In this document: positions 61,818-64,000 of the stretch, piece after piece
Layout: each line of letters begins with the position of its first letter
Numbering within the stretch: position 1 is the first letter of the stretch
Origin: Hydrolagus colliei
Taxonomy: Eukaryota
DNA length: 64,000 bases
Assembly (NCBI GenBank): GCA_035084275.1
Contig: CM068751.1
Location: 5,456,001-5,520,000, forward strand
Direction of reading: 5' to 3'
Program-made: the position numbers and the translations under genes
The notes under the pieces: model-generated
Told to the model about the DNA's origin: nothing
Seen by the model: only the letters and a program-made list of their open reading frames with translations
Databases searched by the model: none

Positions 61818-64000
61818 TACTACAGTTTTCCTCAGTTTGAAAAAGGATCATGGTCAGGAGGGTTTAACTTTAAGACCCGAGAAGCATAGAAATGATGATT
61901 CTAAAGATTAAACATTTGATTGGTTGCGTCTTAAATATTTATAGTTTATCACATGATCCTGCTGCCTGCCGCTAAGCACAACAGTCTGAAGGCATCTGCA
62001 ACGTCAAATATAGTTTTGAAATCTGTTAGAAAAGAAGCCTCTAAGAATATTCACCAAGATCAAATCATTCAAAGCCTCTAATTGATCAGTGAGCATTATT
62101 TTTATTTGTAGAATCAGACTTCATTCAGCATCGAGCATCTTTGTATCTCGTAATTGACCCTCTGGAAATAGTATTAAAAAAACTTACTTTACACTGAAAA
62201 GTACTAGATGTGAGTTTGATGAGCCCAATCAATGAGTTCAGACAAGCATTGGTCATATGAAGAGTTGCACATAATTAATGCCAGACTTTGTCCACAACAG
62301 AGAAGCCAGCAGGGATCCCCATACTAACATCATGATGTTACTCCAAGCACAGCAATTACATTTTCTGGGGCCAAGAAGCCGGAAAGGCCTCTTCATAATG
62401 ACTGCAATAGATTGCTACCCTGGTTGGGGCAGTTTTGACAAACAACCCAAATCTGAAACATACTTACAATAATCGTTAAGGAATTTTTTTGAGTCTTGGT
62501 ATTCATTATCAGTGATCGAATTACCAGGAAAATTGCCCTAAACTACAAGGTTTTTAATCAGGTCATACAAGTTAAATATTAATGATTCCGATGACTAGTT
62601 CGGATCTGTAAACGTTTGCAGGTGCAATTCACAATTTTGAAAGTTTTATTGACAGTTTTATGCTTTTCACAGAAGGTAATGGAGGAGAAAAGGGCTTCAC
62701 TGTATTTAATGACCATTTATACACTTTTTGCTCAGCTTTTGTTGGCTTGTTCATTGATGAAATTTGTTTTTAGTTAAAACTCCTTGCTTGCTGCTGCGAA
62801 GTACATCTAACGTCTGCAATAGAAGTTCTCACAATTCAGATAGTGACTCAGGGTGTGTCAATGAATTTAGCACACTGACAAGTGGAGTCTCTGGAAAGAA
62901 TGACTTTTACAGCAGTAAACAGCTGGTGCGTTGCTGGAGAGGTTAGAGCCTGGAAACACAATAAAATGGCAATTTGTAGAGGAACTCAGTATGAAATAAC
63001 AGGCAACTTGAAAACCAGGTTTTCTTAATACAGTAACTTGTTTGTTTCAGTTGTCCAGTCTCTATAGTTTTTTACTTTTCCACATACAATGGTGTGCTAT
63101 TCTTCTTGCTTGTTTGTGAATAACAAACGTGTTTGCGTGTGTGTGTGTGTATAACAAAGTCTCACCTCACTCAAACAAAATTGTAAGGACTAATATTGTT
63201 CCAATATTGTTGGAACCAAGGGAATGTGATCTGTAGGAAGTAAGGAAATTGGTTGAATAATAGAGATGGTGAACTCAGATTAGTATTCAAATTGAAATCT
63301 AAGGCCAATTACAAATGCATTAAATTCAATATCTGAATTGATTCCAGGTTTACAAGGTAACAAGACATTTTCTTTGTATTTTTAGAATTGGGCTAATTCC
63401 TCACTGGAATAATTAGTTCCAGCTGCACTAAACAGATTATGCTTTGCAAACATTTAAACAATGAGAGAACTAATGTGTGTAGATTGCAATTCTCAGTGGG
63501 TTAAGTGTTTTATTATTCATGGTGCCTCACGTGTTTGCAGTCCCCATGGTGCTGTGTTTATTTAGCTAAGTGCTGGACCTCCCACATAAGTCAACCTTGA
63601 CAAATGTCAATCACTCACATCCCATCAGGATTCTTGAAGTCAGCTGGTGGAAATAAGTAGCCAATACTTCAGGGCAACAACAAACCATCCAAACAGTTCT
63701 CTTAAGGTTTGTGGCCTGCTCGCAGAAAAGGCATCTTCTTGAATCTCAAGACCCACTTCCAACAGAGTGTACAGTATTTCCCTTGTTGGCGTGGCACCTT
63801 CCAAGGGCTCACTACTGAGCAACTTCAGCCCTAGAACCATAAGAGCCAAAATTCTGAAGCAAGAATAATAACTGTTCATTATTGCTTCCAGTGGCTAAAT
63901 TTGCATATTGGCCAATGGTGGTTTTGCTACAAAAGTCAAATTTATACGGGTTGGGAGATTCTGGCCTTATAATTGTGTTCACTCTTAAAGATTTTAATTT

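Noticed and set aside
63640-63879. 79-aa ORF with a hydrophobic N-terminus
   Set aside because: It is short, has no recognisable domain, and is within the length expected by chance.
1-64000. CRISPR arrays, operons or other prokaryotic systems
   Set aside because: There is no regular repeat-spacer structure and no gene-dense coding. The sequence is vertebrate-like non-coding DNA.

Overview
This is eukaryotic, AT-rich, CpG-poor DNA with no protein-coding gene I can recognise. It reads as intronic or intergenic vertebrate sequence. The repeat content points to a cartilaginous fish, possibly a chimaera such as elephant shark; that is an inference from repeat families, not a database result. The window is mostly unique sequence interrupted by interspersed repeats: 3' fragments of L2 LINEs with three tail types, a young tRNA-derived SINE with a Deu-type core and (TTA)n tail, older DeuSINE relics, CR1 3' ends, and four small non-autonomous DNA transposons (two hAT, one Tigger-like, one Tc1/mariner-like). 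Nearly all ORFs in the track are chance ORFs or lie within repeats. The most unusual structures are a 242-bp, 97%-identical inverted duplication (44994-46125), a shorter inverted pair of L2 tails (50012-50217), an L2-tailed element carrying two tandem SINE cores, an apparently internally deleted L2, a three-layer nested insertion, and an L2 whose tail matches the SINE tail. There are also weak candidate exons on both strands and one unexplained 232-codon ORF. I found no convincing novel multi-gene system, CRISPR array or true RNA gene. Family names come from recalled consensus features, not from a search, and repeat boundaries are approximate unless TIRs or TSDs are given.
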